From contig JASMKO010000061.1 of the NCBI GenBank assembly GCA_030749225.1, positions 17,558 through 81,557 of the forward strand: a stretch of DNA of 64,000 nt, in the 5' to 3' direction. Under the pieces are notes generated by a model. It saw only the letters and a list, made by a program, of their open reading frames with translations, did not search any database and was not told the DNA's origin. Positions 51,601-61,045 of the stretch are shown piece by piece; the first letter of the stretch is position 1, and every line of letters starts with the position of its first letter. The position numbers and the translations under genes are program-made. The DNA comes from Verrucomicrobiota bacterium. GTDB lineage: Bacteria > Verrucomicrobiota > Verrucomicrobiia > Limisphaerales > UBA1096.

Positions 51601-53799
51601 GGCGCCGTCGCGCCACGGCATCACGCCGCTTGGATAGGGCAAGTCGTCAAGAAAAATTGTTGTGCGGTCGTAGCGACTGTCGCCGTCTCTATCTTCCAGG
51701 ATTCGAATGCGGCCGCCTGGTTTGCCTTTGTCATCCAATCCGAGCGGGTAGTCGGCCATTTCCACCACCCACAACCGGCCGTGCTCGTCCCATTCGAATG
51801 CCACTGGATCCATTACTAGCGGCTCGCTGACCATGAGTTCGACTTTGTAACCCGGCAGCGTTTCGATAGCTTTTGTGGATTCCTCGGGCGATTTGGGAAG
51901 TGGCATCACACCGCGAAGGAGTTCGTCGAACGAACGTCGGTCAACTAGGTTCGGCAGGTGCGCAGTGTCTTCATTTTGCACCCAGAGATGGTCTGAGTGA
52001 AACCAAGCGCCGTTGCTGTTGTGTTCACCACCACGGACAATCATTGGGATGGCATTGCCATCGCTACGTAGCCCGGACATGACTTCGCGTGTCCAGCCAA
52101 CACCCCAACCGAGGATTGGTTGTGGTACGTAGAGATGAAACGAGTACCGGACTTCGTTGGAGTGAATCACATCCAAATGTCCATCCTTGTTTATGTCTTC
52201 AAAACGGACACCGTTGTCACTTCCGTCATCACGAACGATGTGAACATTCTTGGGGAGATTGAAATTAGCTTGTTGCCATCTTCTTTGGCTCTTGTTCCAT
52301 TTTAGTACAGCCTGTTGCCTTGGGTTGCTGACGATGATTTCACACATGCCATCGACGTCTATGTCACGCAATCGTACACCGTTGTCTCGGCCGGAGATGG
52401 TGGTCCGAAGCGCTTGGCCGTCGATTTCCAGCCCTTGGCCAAGTGTTTGGTTATTGCGCCAGTCACTGCCGTCAAAGTGCCAAACGCCGCTAGTTTTTCC
52501 GTTGCTGATCAAGATCGTGGCGTTGCCACTTGCCTGGAGTACGCCGAACCGGGCACCGGCATCTGTGCGCTTGCCGTCGGCATCAGTTTGCACCAACTGA
52601 AATGGGAACGCGGCTGTTTTCCAGCGCTTGGCTTGAGGGTTCCACAGGCGGGTTTGCTGGAGTTGTTCGTTCCCGATGACTGCGTCCATGAAGCCGTCGT
52701 TGTTCAGGTCGAGTAGGCGAACGCCGTTGTCCTGCCCGTTTTCGGCCCTGAGAGGCTGCCCACCTAGTAGGTTTTTCGTGAGCCGCTCGCGGGCCTCGCG
52801 GAAGTTGAGGAACTTGACCTTGTTACCGTGGTTTTCAGTGATGTGATCGATCCAGTCGATCATCTGGGTATTTTTAACCCAGCCGTGAGGGTGGAATACA
52901 AAATTGAAAACACCCTGCTTGAGGACGGTCGCATCGATGGCAGCTTTCCAGTCTTCCACGGTGACCGGGTTACTGTTGCCGAGAAGGTGTTGGGCTTCCC
53001 AATCGCTTGGCACCATGCATGGCATTTCCCAAATACGACTCCCTACGGCATAGGGGTAAGGATAGTTTTCAATGGTGACAACATATGAATCGAAAGGGAT
53101 ATATTTTTCAAACTTTGCCTTCCCATCGGTGTCGGTGAGGAGTGATGCGGGTAGAGATTTGTCCGCCGAGGTGAAGATGTTGAACACTGATGTGTCCATC
53201 TCCAAAAACTGTCCCGCAGGATTGTTTTGCATCAGCAGTTCGGAAAAAACCCTGGGGCTGGGTGTGTTTTGTGAATCGCAGCAGGGTGTCCGAAATGCGA
53301 CTGGCAGGTTGTTGGGGATGTTGTTCAGTAGATCGACTCCTCCGTGGTATGTGTTCATGGCTGGAGTGAAGTTGCGGTTGGCGAGGATGGGGCAGGGGTG
53401 GGAGAGCGTGTGCACCTCGATCGTAACACCCTCCTTTAGCCACTGCTGAAGGTGGGGGTTGGTCGGAGTGATTGAATTGCAAAAAATGCTCAGCGGCGCA
53501 CGGCCGTCAATTTTTTTGAGTCGTTCAAGGATAGGGCGACAAAAATTTTCGTACCGAGTATGCTCGCGCATGTCGTCAATACCTAGGCTTACAACAGCTT
53601 CTACCCCGTTTTCCCCGACCCACTGTGGCGTGGTAAGCCTTGGGAAGGTGAGCCCGACGTGGAACGGATCTTCCCCATCCAGATAGGCGAGGCGGTTGCT
53701 CGCTGGGTTGGCCGGGGTTTGGCTAGGTGCGGCGGACAGAAGAATAGCAATACAGATTATTCGTCCAAGCGAACGGAAGGATTTCCTGCAATGGCTCAT
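48664..53799 (-). CDS. PVC-type heme-binding dehydrogenase-like protein fused to a polysaccharide deacetylase and FG-GAP repeats
   Basis: NodB motifs GIDD, HTLSHP, FRTP and FHPH; D.N.DG..D loops; beta-propeller EPLV.DPV...WD..GRLWVVEM.DYP and FRP...GPDGALW.AD; HEAT repeats; CTACH heme motif with SLMPEG; C-terminal CBM6-like domain. Confidence 0.85.
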   Translation of the reverse strand: MSHCRKSFRSLGRIICIAILLSAAPSQTPANPASNRLAYLDGEDPFHVGLTFPRLTTPQWVGENGVEAVVSLGIDDMREHTRYENFCRPILERLKKIDGRAPLSIFCNSITPTNPHLQQWLKEGVTIEVHTLSHPCPILANRNFTPAMNTYHGGVDLLNNIPNNLPVAFRTPCCDSQNTPSPRVFSELLMQNNPAGQFLEMDTSVFNIFTSADKSLPASLLTDTDGKAKFEKYIPFDSYVVTIENYPYPYAVGSRIWEMPCMVPSDWEAQHLLGNSNPVTVEDWKAAIDATVLKQGVFNFVFHPHGWVKNTQMIDWIDHITENHGNKVKFLNFREARERLTKNLLGGQPLRAENGQDNGVRLLDLNNDGFMDAVIGNEQLQQTRLWNPQAKRWKTAAFPFQLVQTDADGKRTDAGARFGVLQASGNATILISNGKTSGVWHFDGSDWRNNQTLGQGLEIDGQALRTTISGRDNGVRLRDIDVDGMCEIIVSNPRQQAVLKWNKSQRRWQQANFNLPKNVHIVRDDGSDNGVRFEDINKDGHLDVIHSNEVRYSFHLYVPQPILGWGVGWTREVMSGLRSDGNAIPMIVRGGEHNSNGAWFHSDHLWVQNEDTAHLPNLVDRRSFDELLRGVMPLPKSPEESTKAIETLPGYKVELMVSEPLVMDPVAFEWDEHGRLWVVEMADYPLGLDDKGKPGGRIRILEDRDGDSRYDRTTIFLDDLPYPSGVMPWRDGALVSATPNILFARDTNGDGTADETKVLFTGFGEGNQQHRMNGFEYGLDNWVYAANGDSGGTIRSPGKQHSINIRGRDFRFNPNTLAFDTQAGQTQFGRRRDDWGNWFGNNNSFIGWNYPFPEHYIRRNPQLTTARNRQTLGNYNRSHLIKSISQPVQRFNLVGTAKHITAGNSPTPYRDELFDKPTGQLLFVSAPAYNVVRREVLTPDRLSFKSSRPEGANGQEFIASRDAWFRPIMLKTGPDGALWIADFYRLVLEHPEWIPNDVERKLQLRAGSDRGRLYRVFPANKIPRPFHSLAVKTVPELVAALDSPSGWQRDTAQRLLVDRGDASAVPHLAKLLKNSDRPTARLHALCTLDGLKQIQPEHIRQGLEDRHPGVREHAIRVAESLFRTGQVDDLDQTLAQAVSDSDPRVLAQMAFSLGEWKSPIASRLLGRLAMRSSGDPDLQTAIASSASDHSVNILKDLINEGDIRSYGPLTGNLLALAGAEASTDEIKKLLLNLTTKIDKLETWRLTALSALLENAQKRNLPRSELGLDAELLDSLKVIVENHSTETGDRVAALRLLTNIANDAKQVRTILHRQLGALSPTPLFDLALDELNKRDPATAPLLTHWKSYSPNRKNRVLQHILNDEKKTLGLLFAIDNKLVLPAEIGTAFRQLLKQHSNKTIRGQATAHFGRQNTQRDLLVADRLAKVNSLKGDAASGELLFTTHCTACHKLGNTGNAAGPDLAAITDKSPRALLSAILNPNQAVEDRFSVYALVTKDGTQLAGMISSEGANSVALMDLNGQQRQVLRTNIQSLTGLGRSLMPEGFEQVLNNQQLADLIAHINASAHPPKSFPGNKPTLVKENEGGALSLTAATAEIYGDSLVFEEKYSNLGFWRAASDRATWSIKTKRAGVYDVHLNWALDGKSKVNRIQLRIGQNEIVHEVDSTGTWDQYKSTHIGIVELDEGDQRAIVQAVSPISGFVIDLNSLKLIRKNN

Positions 53800-53878
53800 G
53801 AGTCAGGCGTTGACCATGCCCGTTGGAGGGAGTCGTGACAAGTTTTGCTGTGGAGATTTGCAGTGGTAAAAAAAAATC

Positions 53879-53905
53879 TAAAGTAATTTGTCATCTTGCC
53901 GATTG
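53879..53905 (+). promoter_or_regulatory. Sigma28 promoter of flagellin 2
   Basis: TAAAGTAA-N11-GCCGATTG about 105 bp upstream of the ATG, with the same spacing as the flagellin 1 promoter. Confidence 0.78.
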
Positions 53906-53968
53906 TGAGACCGTGCAGCGCGGTCGAGAGGTCGCAGGAACACGGGAAACGCCTCAAAGGTTTTCCAG

Positions 53969-53982
53969 CGGCATGGATGCCG
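53969..53982 (+). promoter_or_regulatory. Putative CsrA-binding hairpin in the flagellin 2 leader
   Basis: CGGCA-TGGA-TGCCG stem-loop exposing GGA; further ANGGA motifs nearby, including the SD. Confidence 0.55.
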
Positions 53983-54011
53983 TTTAACCTTCAGACGAAA
54001 GGACTTGTCAT

Positions 54012-54839
54012 ATGGTAATTAATACCAACATCACGGCAAATGCCGCATCGCGGGCATTAGCCGATTCCACCAGTCAACTCAGTAAATCCTTGGCCCGTTT
54101 ATCCTCGGGTTCGAAGATTGTATCACCTGAGGATGATGCAGCTGGTTTAGCGCAGAGTATGAAGCTTCAAGCGCAAATCAACCGGAACGAAGCTGTCAGG
54201 GCGAACCTGGGAAACGCAGTTTCCTTTACTCAAACGCAGGATGGCTTCCTGCAAAAAGTGCAGGCCTCACTCGATCGGATGAGTGAACTGACAGTCCTTT
54301 CGAAGGACGTCACAAAAACCGACACGGATCGATCCAACTACACCGTTGAGTTCCAGCAGTTGCAGAACTACATCAGCGACATTGGGGAGAAGAAATTCAA
54401 TGGCGTGACGTTGTTTGGTAGTACCCAGGAAGCTGTGACCATTGACAATGATGCCAACACATTCAGCATGAATGCGGTGAACATGACAAGTGCCGTGGCG
54501 ACCACCGGCCTGGCTACCATCTACAACGCGACCAGCTCGTCGATCTCAAGTACGTCGAATGCGTCGACGGCGTTGACCAACATCAAGACTGCCATCCAGA
54601 CCTTGGCCGATATGCGTGCCAAGGTGGGTGCGAACCTACAGCGGTTGAACATGACAGACGATCAGGTAACCATCATGAATGAGAACCTGTCGGCAGCGAA
54701 TAGTCGGATCACTGATGTGGACGTGGCGGTTGAGAGCACCCGGTACGCCAAAGCAAACATCCTGGTTCAGAGTGGCACGGCGATGTTGGCGCAAGCCAAT
54801 ATTCTCCCTGCCTCAGCGTTGCAGTTGATCGGCCGATGA
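54012..54839 (+). CDS. fliC: Flagellin (short, 275 aa)
   Basis: MVINTN, LARLSSGSKIV.P.DDAAGLA, KFNG, R.KVGA..QRL and SRITDVDVA.E...AMLAQAN motifs. Confidence 0.95.
   Translation: MVINTNITANAASRALADSTSQLSKSLARLSSGSKIVSPEDDAAGLAQSMKLQAQINRNEAVRANLGNAVSFTQTQDGFLQKVQASLDRMSELTVLSKDVTKTDTDRSNYTVEFQQLQNYISDIGEKKFNGVTLFGSTQEAVTIDNDANTFSMNAVNMTSAVATTGLATIYNATSSSISSTSNASTALTNIKTAIQTLADMRAKVGANLQRLNMTDDQVTIMNENLSAANSRITDVDVAVESTRYAKANILVQSGTAMLAQANILPASALQLIGR
54279..54624 (+). repeat. 346-bp near-identical copy of 21463-21808 (flagellin central block)
   Basis: Manual ungapped alignment gives 8 mismatches in 346 bp; identity drops abruptly on both sides. Confidence 0.92.
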
Positions 54840-54898
54840 CGCGGTGATCAGTTCCCCCTACGGGACTTGGGGGTATTAATTAGTCCCTCGCGCAACTA

Positions 54899-54930
54899 GG
54901 CGGCACTTCGGTGCCGCCATTGCTGTTTTT
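54899..54930 (+). terminator. Probable terminator after flagellin 2
   Basis: GGCGGCAC-TTCG-GTGCCGCC perfect stem with a cUUCGg tetraloop; delayed T-tract (ATTGCTGTTTTT). Confidence 0.7.
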
Positions 54931-54945
54931 GACCGCATTAATCAG

Positions 54946-55326
54946 TTGACAGGGCTATGCCACGGTGGAAGTTTCAACATCTGGTACATCTGGCTTATCA
55001 AAGTTAGCAAGGTGATGCCCGACACCACGCTGATTCAGTGGGGTGCCTCCAAGGTGCCAAGCAACGCCAAGGCGATTTGCGATATGCAACTGTGTCACTG
55101 CTTGGGCGGCAAGCCGACGAAGTGGCGTTATGTCGGTGAAACCTTTAAGATGAAGTTTGCCGTCGGGGAATTGGAACCGGGGACGAAGTACGAGGTCCGT
55201 GTCCGCACCAGGGTGGACAAGATGCCTGGGGCATGGCAAATCAAGGAGCATGCTTTCACAGCCGGGGTGGGAGAGACGAGCAGACCATCGACCATGCTAG
55301 CTACATCGATTTTCAGGTCTTCGTAG
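54946..55326 (+). CDS. Small FN3-like ORF or gene remnant
   Basis: GELEPGTKYEVRVRT matches the FN3 L.PG..Y.V.V strand motif; start is uncertain and there is no clear signal peptide. Confidence 0.4.
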   Translation: MTGLCHGGSFNIWYIWLIKVSKVMPDTTLIQWGASKVPSNAKAICDMQLCHCLGGKPTKWRYVGETFKMKFAVGELEPGTKYEVRVRTRVDKMPGAWQIKEHAFTAGVGETSRPSTMLATSIFRSS

Positions 55327-55512
55327 GCGACGAGATGCGCCTCACCTAGTCGTCCGACAAGGGTTGTTTCGTTGTGGACTCCTCCGAAAGCATAGTCAAT
55401 ACGGAGTGGCTGCTGGTCGATATTCGTCCGGTTCAGGTTTCCCAGGTGATGGTGGTCGCCTTGCCCATCGCGGGAGCCGGCATTCGGTTTTTTTAGCGTT
55501 CGAAACTGAGCC

Positions 55513-57123
55513 TCAATCCAGCCCATACTTCTCGATCCACGACTGTGGTAGTGTGCCGAAGCTCAACAGCCAGTCGTTGAACCGGCGCAGCGGCCAGCCC
55601 CGTCCCTCCACTAGTTTCCGGTAAAGCCGAGCGTTCTCCAGGCATCCCAGCCAGTAACTCATCGGCACGGCGGGGCTGCCGGTGTACCAGTTCACATCAG
55701 CCTTTGCCCGGGCCTGGGTGAAACCAAGGTGTTTTTGCATGTGCTTCACCGCCTGCCGGTGACTGTACGCTCCGGTTTGAAGTCGGAGATCAACGAGAAT
55801 CCGGTGGCAGCGCCAGAGGGCATCGTGTAGTTGCTGCAGCTTTAGTTCGGCTGACTTGATGATTTCAAGGTCGACACACATCTGCTCGCACCACAGTGTC
55901 CAGCCTTCATAAAAAATCGCATGTTCGTTGAAGACCCGTCGCCATTTGCGCGGGTGGGCATTCGCGAAGATGAACTGCAGGTGATGCCCGGGATAAGCCT
56001 CGTGCGCACAGGTCAGTTCCAGCCCAAAGTGCTGCTGTTGTTCAGCGAGTTTTTCCGCATCCGTTTTTTTCTTCAGGCCAAGGTCGTTGACCCAGAAAGT
56101 GCCGCGCTGTCGTTTGTCGAACGGCCCGGGCGGAGAGTAGGCGGCCATGGGGATGATGTGCGTCATGAAATCGGGCACCAGCGTGATTGCGAGCGAGTCG
56201 CCCTTGGGGAAACTCATCGCCTTGGCCTCCTTGAAGCGGCGAACGATCTCCCGGTTGGTTTTGCGATAGACCGACAATAGGTCGCCCCCCGGCTTCCAAC
56301 TGTCACGTGCGGCTGCCACGATTTGTTCAACCGATTTGTTTTTGCCGAGTTTGGATGAGGCCTTTTTCAGTAGTTCCCCGATACGGTCGATTTCCGCCAA
56401 CGCCACGGCCTCCACCTGTCCAAGCGTGTAGTCCAGGCCAAGTTCGTCGCGGATGCGCCGCTGGAGGCGTTTCTTTCCGATGGCGAACGACCCCGGTTTG
56501 GCCACGCGCTTGGCCATGACGGATTTGCGGTAATTGACGCACGCCCGCTTGGCCAAGCTGATGAGGGAGGCATCTTCAGGTTGCTCTCCGTTGACTTGCA
56601 GGAAGGCGGTCAGCGCGTCAAAAAATGAACCGGAAGCCTTAAACGTGGCGTCCATGATGTTCCGCCAGACTCGCTCCGGTCGATCGATCCGTTTCGCCGC
56701 TTGGCCGAGGTAACGGCGTGATTCTTTCAGGAGACTGCGGAGGTTCTTTGCCGCTCGTTTGGGTTCCGATTCCCCGCGTTGCAGTTCCCGCAGGAGTAAC
56801 TCGAAAACCTCATCGAGACCGTTGGGATCGAGTGTGTGGCGTCCATGTTCAAAATCCTCACATTCCCGGTGGAGCCGGGCGCGGAAGGCCAAGCGGTCAA
56901 GGTTCTGCTCGCCGGACAACGCGGAGGGGGCAATGGTGTCGAGCATTTCCAGGGCGGAGCGGCGTCGGGCATGTTGCCTCCGAAGAGCGGTCAGTGTGGC
57001 AGGATTGAGACGACCCTCGCCACTGCGCAACCCAACGTACGTGGCGTCGGCCGGATGCTCACGGTGGAATGTGGTAAAATAATTGTCGAGCAGCGCTTCA
57101 AAGGTTTTGGCAATCGAGTTCAT
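55513..57123 (-). CDS. DUF885 family protein (metallopeptidase-like)
   Basis: AHEAYPGHHLQ, YEGWTLWCE, RILVDL.L and SYWLG motifs; no signal peptide. Alternative GTG start at 57177. Confidence 0.88.
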   Translation of the reverse strand: MNSIAKTFEALLDNYFTTFHREHPADATYVGLRSGEGRLNPATLTALRRQHARRRSALEMLDTIAPSALSGEQNLDRLAFRARLHRECEDFEHGRHTLDPNGLDEVFELLLRELQRGESEPKRAAKNLRSLLKESRRYLGQAAKRIDRPERVWRNIMDATFKASGSFFDALTAFLQVNGEQPEDASLISLAKRACVNYRKSVMAKRVAKPGSFAIGKKRLQRRIRDELGLDYTLGQVEAVALAEIDRIGELLKKASSKLGKNKSVEQIVAAARDSWKPGGDLLSVYRKTNREIVRRFKEAKAMSFPKGDSLAITLVPDFMTHIIPMAAYSPPGPFDKRQRGTFWVNDLGLKKKTDAEKLAEQQQHFGLELTCAHEAYPGHHLQFIFANAHPRKWRRVFNEHAIFYEGWTLWCEQMCVDLEIIKSAELKLQQLHDALWRCHRILVDLRLQTGAYSHRQAVKHMQKHLGFTQARAKADVNWYTGSPAVPMSYWLGCLENARLYRKLVEGRGWPLRRFNDWLLSFGTLPQSWIEKYGLD

Positions 57124-57173
57124 CCGTGGGGTAATTCTGTGTGCTTGACAGGCAGGGCCAATCCAATCTGGAT

Positions 57174-57929
57174 TCACGGTAGTTGTTTTCTATACTGCAA
57201 CGGAGTCATGTTCATGGTTTTCTTGAACTGCACCGTGAAGGAACTTTGATCGTAGAAGCCAAGCGTGAAGGCGATGTCGCCGATCGACTTGGAGCCGTTG
57301 CAGAGGAGTTCGCACGCCTCATGGATTCGCATCTTGATGATGTACTGCTGGGGTGACAGGTTGAAGGTGCTCTTGAATTTTCGCTCGAACTGGCGGAGCG
57401 AAAATTGGCACATGGCGGCAAGATCGGCGATGGAAATCTTCTCCCGAAACTGCTCGTGAATGTAATCGAGCGCTGGGTTGATGCCCTGTTTATCAGGGAA
57501 TTTTTCGCGGTAATGATGGTAATCCTGAATGATCCCCATGATACCTAGCACCTCGTCATCGTCCGAGATGATCGGGTACTTGCTGGTCCGGAACCATGAC
57601 GGTATGCCCTGCCGGTTGAGGAACAATTCCACAATTTTTGTGGCTGGCTCGCGGCGTTCCATGATCGCGAGGTCATCCCGCCGATATTTTTCGGCCAGGT
57701 GCCTGGGGAGCAGTTCAAAATCGGTGCGCCCGATGAACTCCTTCTCGGACTCGAATCCGTACAAGGAGACGAGGTGTTTGTTGGCGGCCAGCAGCACGCC
57801 GTCCTGATCCTTTGCAAAGAAGGAAAGGCCGGGAACGCAATCGAAAAGATGATAAAACCGGGTTTCCTGACTGATTCGCTTAAACAGGGTTGTTCTGCGT
57901 TTTTCTGCCTGATTGGAGTCAATCACCAT
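57174..57929 (-). CDS. AraC family transcriptional regulator with a PAS domain
   Basis: PAS FFAKD.DG...AN....IGRTD...Y..DD; HTH SLRQFERKFK..F..SP.QY and GFYDQSSF...FKK..TP.QYR. Confidence 0.92.
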   Translation of the reverse strand: MVIDSNQAEKRRTTLFKRISQETRFYHLFDCVPGLSFFAKDQDGVLLAANKHLVSLYGFESEKEFIGRTDFELLPRHLAEKYRRDDLAIMERREPATKIVELFLNRQGIPSWFRTSKYPIISDDDEVLGIMGIIQDYHHYREKFPDKQGINPALDYIHEQFREKISIADLAAMCQFSLRQFERKFKSTFNLSPQQYIIKMRIHEACELLCNGSKSIGDIAFTLGFYDQSSFTVQFKKTMNMTPLQYRKQLP

Positions 57930-58040
57930 TTATAAGGTTGTTTTTTATGATTTGTCGTGGTGACGCTTTGATAATAAAACAAGCCTAATTATGGCAAGAC
58001 ATCTTTTTGGAATACCCGTACTGTTTGCCCCGTTCGAGGT

Positions 58041-61025
58041 ATGACGATGTTCTGTTTTTTTAAACAACGTGGAATTGGTATTGGATGCCTGCTTGCTGGA
58101 TTGGCTTTCACTTTCGAGGGGCAGGCGGCGGAGTTGTCGGGTGCAGCCAAGGCCGAGTTTTTTGACAAGAAGGTATATCCGATCCTCAAGGAAAACTGTT
58201 TCAAGTGTCACGGAGCGCGGGAGAGGCTCAAGGGCAAGCTGCGACTCACCAGTCGGGAGGGCTTACTCAAGGGAGGGGAGTCTGGGGTTGCCGTCCGCTT
58301 GGCCAAGCCAGAGCAAAGCCTGCTGTTGTCGATGATTTCGTGGAAGGATGAAGACCACGAAATGCCACCAAAGGAAAAACTGCCGGAGGAGCAGATTGCG
58401 CTGCTGACGGAATGGGTTAAGCTTGGGGTGCCGTTTAATCCCGAGAAGGAGATTCATGGCCAGAGAGCGATTGCCGAAAAGCTGCCGACCACAGAGGTCA
58501 ACGCAAGAACCAAGGCAGCATGGGCATTCAAGAGGCCGGGATCGATCTCGCCGCCCAAAGTGGACAAGCCGCATTGGCAGGGAAATGGCATCGATGCGTT
58601 TGTTTATGAGCGACTGCGTAAGGCTGGTTTGCAGCCAAGTACACCCGCCAGTAGGCAGGTGCTGATTCGGCGGGCTTACTACGACCTGACAGGGCTGCCG
58701 CCGTCATTGGCGGAGGTTGAGGCGTTTATTGTCGATTCCTCGCCGGAGGCGTTTGAGAAAGTTATAGACAAGTTGCTTGCCTCGGACCGTTATGGTGAAA
58801 AATGGGGGCGTCATTGGCTTGACCTTGTTCGTTTCGCTGAGACGAACGGCTACGAAAGAGACAGTCGGAAGGATTTGATTTGGAAATATCGCGACTACGT
58901 TATCCGTGCCTTTAATCAGGACAAGCCGTACAATCGGTTTATCATGGAGCAGTTGGCTGGTGACGAGCTTTCGGATCGAGATGCGGACAGCATCACAGCC
59001 ACTGGCTTTTATCGGCTCGGCATTTGGGATGACGAGCCTGCGGATCGTGAACTGGCTCGATACGATTATCTTGATGACATTATACGCACGGTAGGGGAGA
59101 CATTCCTCGGGATCACGATTGGATGTGGCCGTTGCCACGATCACAAAGTAGATCCTGTTACTCAGAAGGACTACTACTCGATGCTCTCATTCTTTAGCGA
59201 TATCTCGCCGCACGGAAAGGGAAGCCGCAATCATGTGCAAATTAGCGACCCAGTTGACAGGGTGGCCTATGATCGCGCTGTTGTGAATAAGCAGGCGCGT
59301 GAGGCGGAATTGCAGGCCAACATAGCACCGATAGAGGAAAAGTTCATCGCCGGTTTAGCCAAGCGCCGGCCGGAACTCAAGCTGAGCGCTGGTTTGCCTA
59401 AGGGCAAGAAGAATGCCTGGGTTGTGCCGGACGCCAACCGCGGCAGGGGAGTCGAGTGGGAGTTCACGTTCGACAAGCCCGCTGAAAACTGGTTCGAGAT
59501 TGCGTTCGACGACAGCAAGTGGCGCAAGGGTCGCAGCGGGTTTGGTTCCCCAGGGACGCCCGGCGCGAAGGTGCGGACGCCGTGGCACTCGAGTGACATC
59601 TGGCTGCGCCGCGATTTCGGTCTCGAGACTATCCCGGGGCAAATGACACTCAAGATTCACCACGACGAGGATGCCGAGGTGTACCTCAACGGTAAACAGG
59701 TCAGGACCTTCAAGGGGTATTTGAAGAATTACGTTGAGGTGGATGTCACCGGTGAATGCCTCGATGTCATTCAGACAGGACGCAATACCCTGGCCATTCA
59801 CTGCAGGCAAACAGGTGGGGGCCAATACATCGATGCCGGGTTGGTGGTGGACGAGAGCACGACCCCAATTCCGGTGTTGATGGCCAGGCACGGTATGGAG
59901 ATTCTTGGGGCGATCAACGTTGAGAAGTACAACAAACTGCGCCTCGAATTGGCCAAGGTGCAATCAACCAAGCTGACGCTCAAGACCGAGTATGCCATGG
60001 CAGTGGCAGAAGATGCCCGACGCAAGATGTGGATTTTGCGCCGCGGTTTACCGGCAATGAAGACGGCAGAGGTTGGGCCGGGTTTCCCGGATATCCTCGC
60101 CGGCCCGGCCGTACATGTGCCGGAGCAATACGCTGTGGGTAAATCCTCGGGCAAGCGTCGTGTGCTTGCTGAGTGGTTGGCCAGCGCTAAGAATCCGATG
60201 GCTTCACGGGTCATGGCAAATCGTCTGTGGCAACATCACTTCGGTCGAGGTATTGTAAGAAGTTCAAACAACTTCGGCTTCGTTGGCGCTCAACCTACTC
60301 ACCCCGATTTGCTAAACTGGCTGGCCAATGAGTTGGTCACTGGTGGTTGGAAACTCAAGCGAATGCACAAGCTGATCATGATGAGTAACACCTATCAAAT
60401 GTCATCAAAGGGGAGAGAAGTTGCCTTGGCCAAGGATCCGAATAATGATCTGATGTGGCGTTACGACATGCGGCGGCTGTCCGCGGAGGAGATTCGTGAT
60501 TCCATTCTGAACTTGACCGGACAACTCAACCTCAAGATGGGCGGGCCAAGCGTTTACACGGAAGTACCGAAGGATGTGTTGGCAACTGCTTCACGTCCGG
60601 ATGCTGCCTGGGGCAGGTCCTCCGAAGAGGAGCGGAATCGGCGCAGTGTTTACATTTATGTCAAGCGTTCGCTGCGTGAGCCATTCCTGAACGCGTTCGA
60701 CTGGGCTGATACCGACAACACTTGCGATGTGCGGTTCGTTACCACGGTCCCAACGCAGACGCTCACTTTGCTAAACAGCAAGTTTCTCAATGACTCGGCG
60801 GCGAGCTTTGCCAAGCGATTAGCAAGGGGGGCGGACGAGGCCAAGGCACAGGTGCGACAGGCGCTGCACTTGGCCACCAACCGAATGCCGACTGTTGAGG
60901 AGATTGACGATGGCTTGAGGTTGATTCACGATCTAAAGGTCAAGGCCAAACTGGACGATAACCAAGCGCTCCAGCGCTTTTGCCTGTTGGTGCTGAACCT
61001 GAATGAATTCCTTTATTTGGACTAA
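58041..61025 (+). CDS. PSCyt1 / DUF1549 / DUF1553 protein with an inserted galactose-binding-like jelly-roll domain
   Basis: CFKCH and CGRCH heme motifs; RHWLDLVRFAETNG and RVMANRLWQHHFG signatures; insert W....FDDS.W..G..GFG...IWLRR.F...HDEDAEVYLNG...G.N.LAIHC.Q..GGQYID. Confidence 0.9.
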   Translation: MTMFCFFKQRGIGIGCLLAGLAFTFEGQAAELSGAAKAEFFDKKVYPILKENCFKCHGARERLKGKLRLTSREGLLKGGESGVAVRLAKPEQSLLLSMISWKDEDHEMPPKEKLPEEQIALLTEWVKLGVPFNPEKEIHGQRAIAEKLPTTEVNARTKAAWAFKRPGSISPPKVDKPHWQGNGIDAFVYERLRKAGLQPSTPASRQVLIRRAYYDLTGLPPSLAEVEAFIVDSSPEAFEKVIDKLLASDRYGEKWGRHWLDLVRFAETNGYERDSRKDLIWKYRDYVIRAFNQDKPYNRFIMEQLAGDELSDRDADSITATGFYRLGIWDDEPADRELARYDYLDDIIRTVGETFLGITIGCGRCHDHKVDPVTQKDYYSMLSFFSDISPHGKGSRNHVQISDPVDRVAYDRAVVNKQAREAELQANIAPIEEKFIAGLAKRRPELKLSAGLPKGKKNAWVVPDANRGRGVEWEFTFDKPAENWFEIAFDDSKWRKGRSGFGSPGTPGAKVRTPWHSSDIWLRRDFGLETIPGQMTLKIHHDEDAEVYLNGKQVRTFKGYLKNYVEVDVTGECLDVIQTGRNTLAIHCRQTGGGQYIDAGLVVDESTTPIPVLMARHGMEILGAINVEKYNKLRLELAKVQSTKLTLKTEYAMAVAEDARRKMWILRRGLPAMKTAEVGPGFPDILAGPAVHVPEQYAVGKSSGKRRVLAEWLASAKNPMASRVMANRLWQHHFGRGIVRSSNNFGFVGAQPTHPDLLNWLANELVTGGWKLKRMHKLIMMSNTYQMSSKGREVALAKDPNNDLMWRYDMRRLSAEEIRDSILNLTGQLNLKMGGPSVYTEVPKDVLATASRPDAAWGRSSEEERNRRSVYIYVKRSLREPFLNAFDWADTDNTCDVRFVTTVPTQTLTLLNSKFLNDSAASFAKRLARGADEAKAQVRQALHLATNRMPTVEEIDDGLRLIHDLKVKAKLDDNQALQRFCLLVLNLNEFLYLD

Positions 61026-61045
61026 TCCTAACGTTTGACAAGAAC

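Noticed and set aside
21196-54839. The two flagellins as the ends of an invertible or excisable phase-variation element
   Set aside because: They are in direct orientation, no recombinase is present, and each has its own promoter and terminator. Gene conversion is the simpler explanation.
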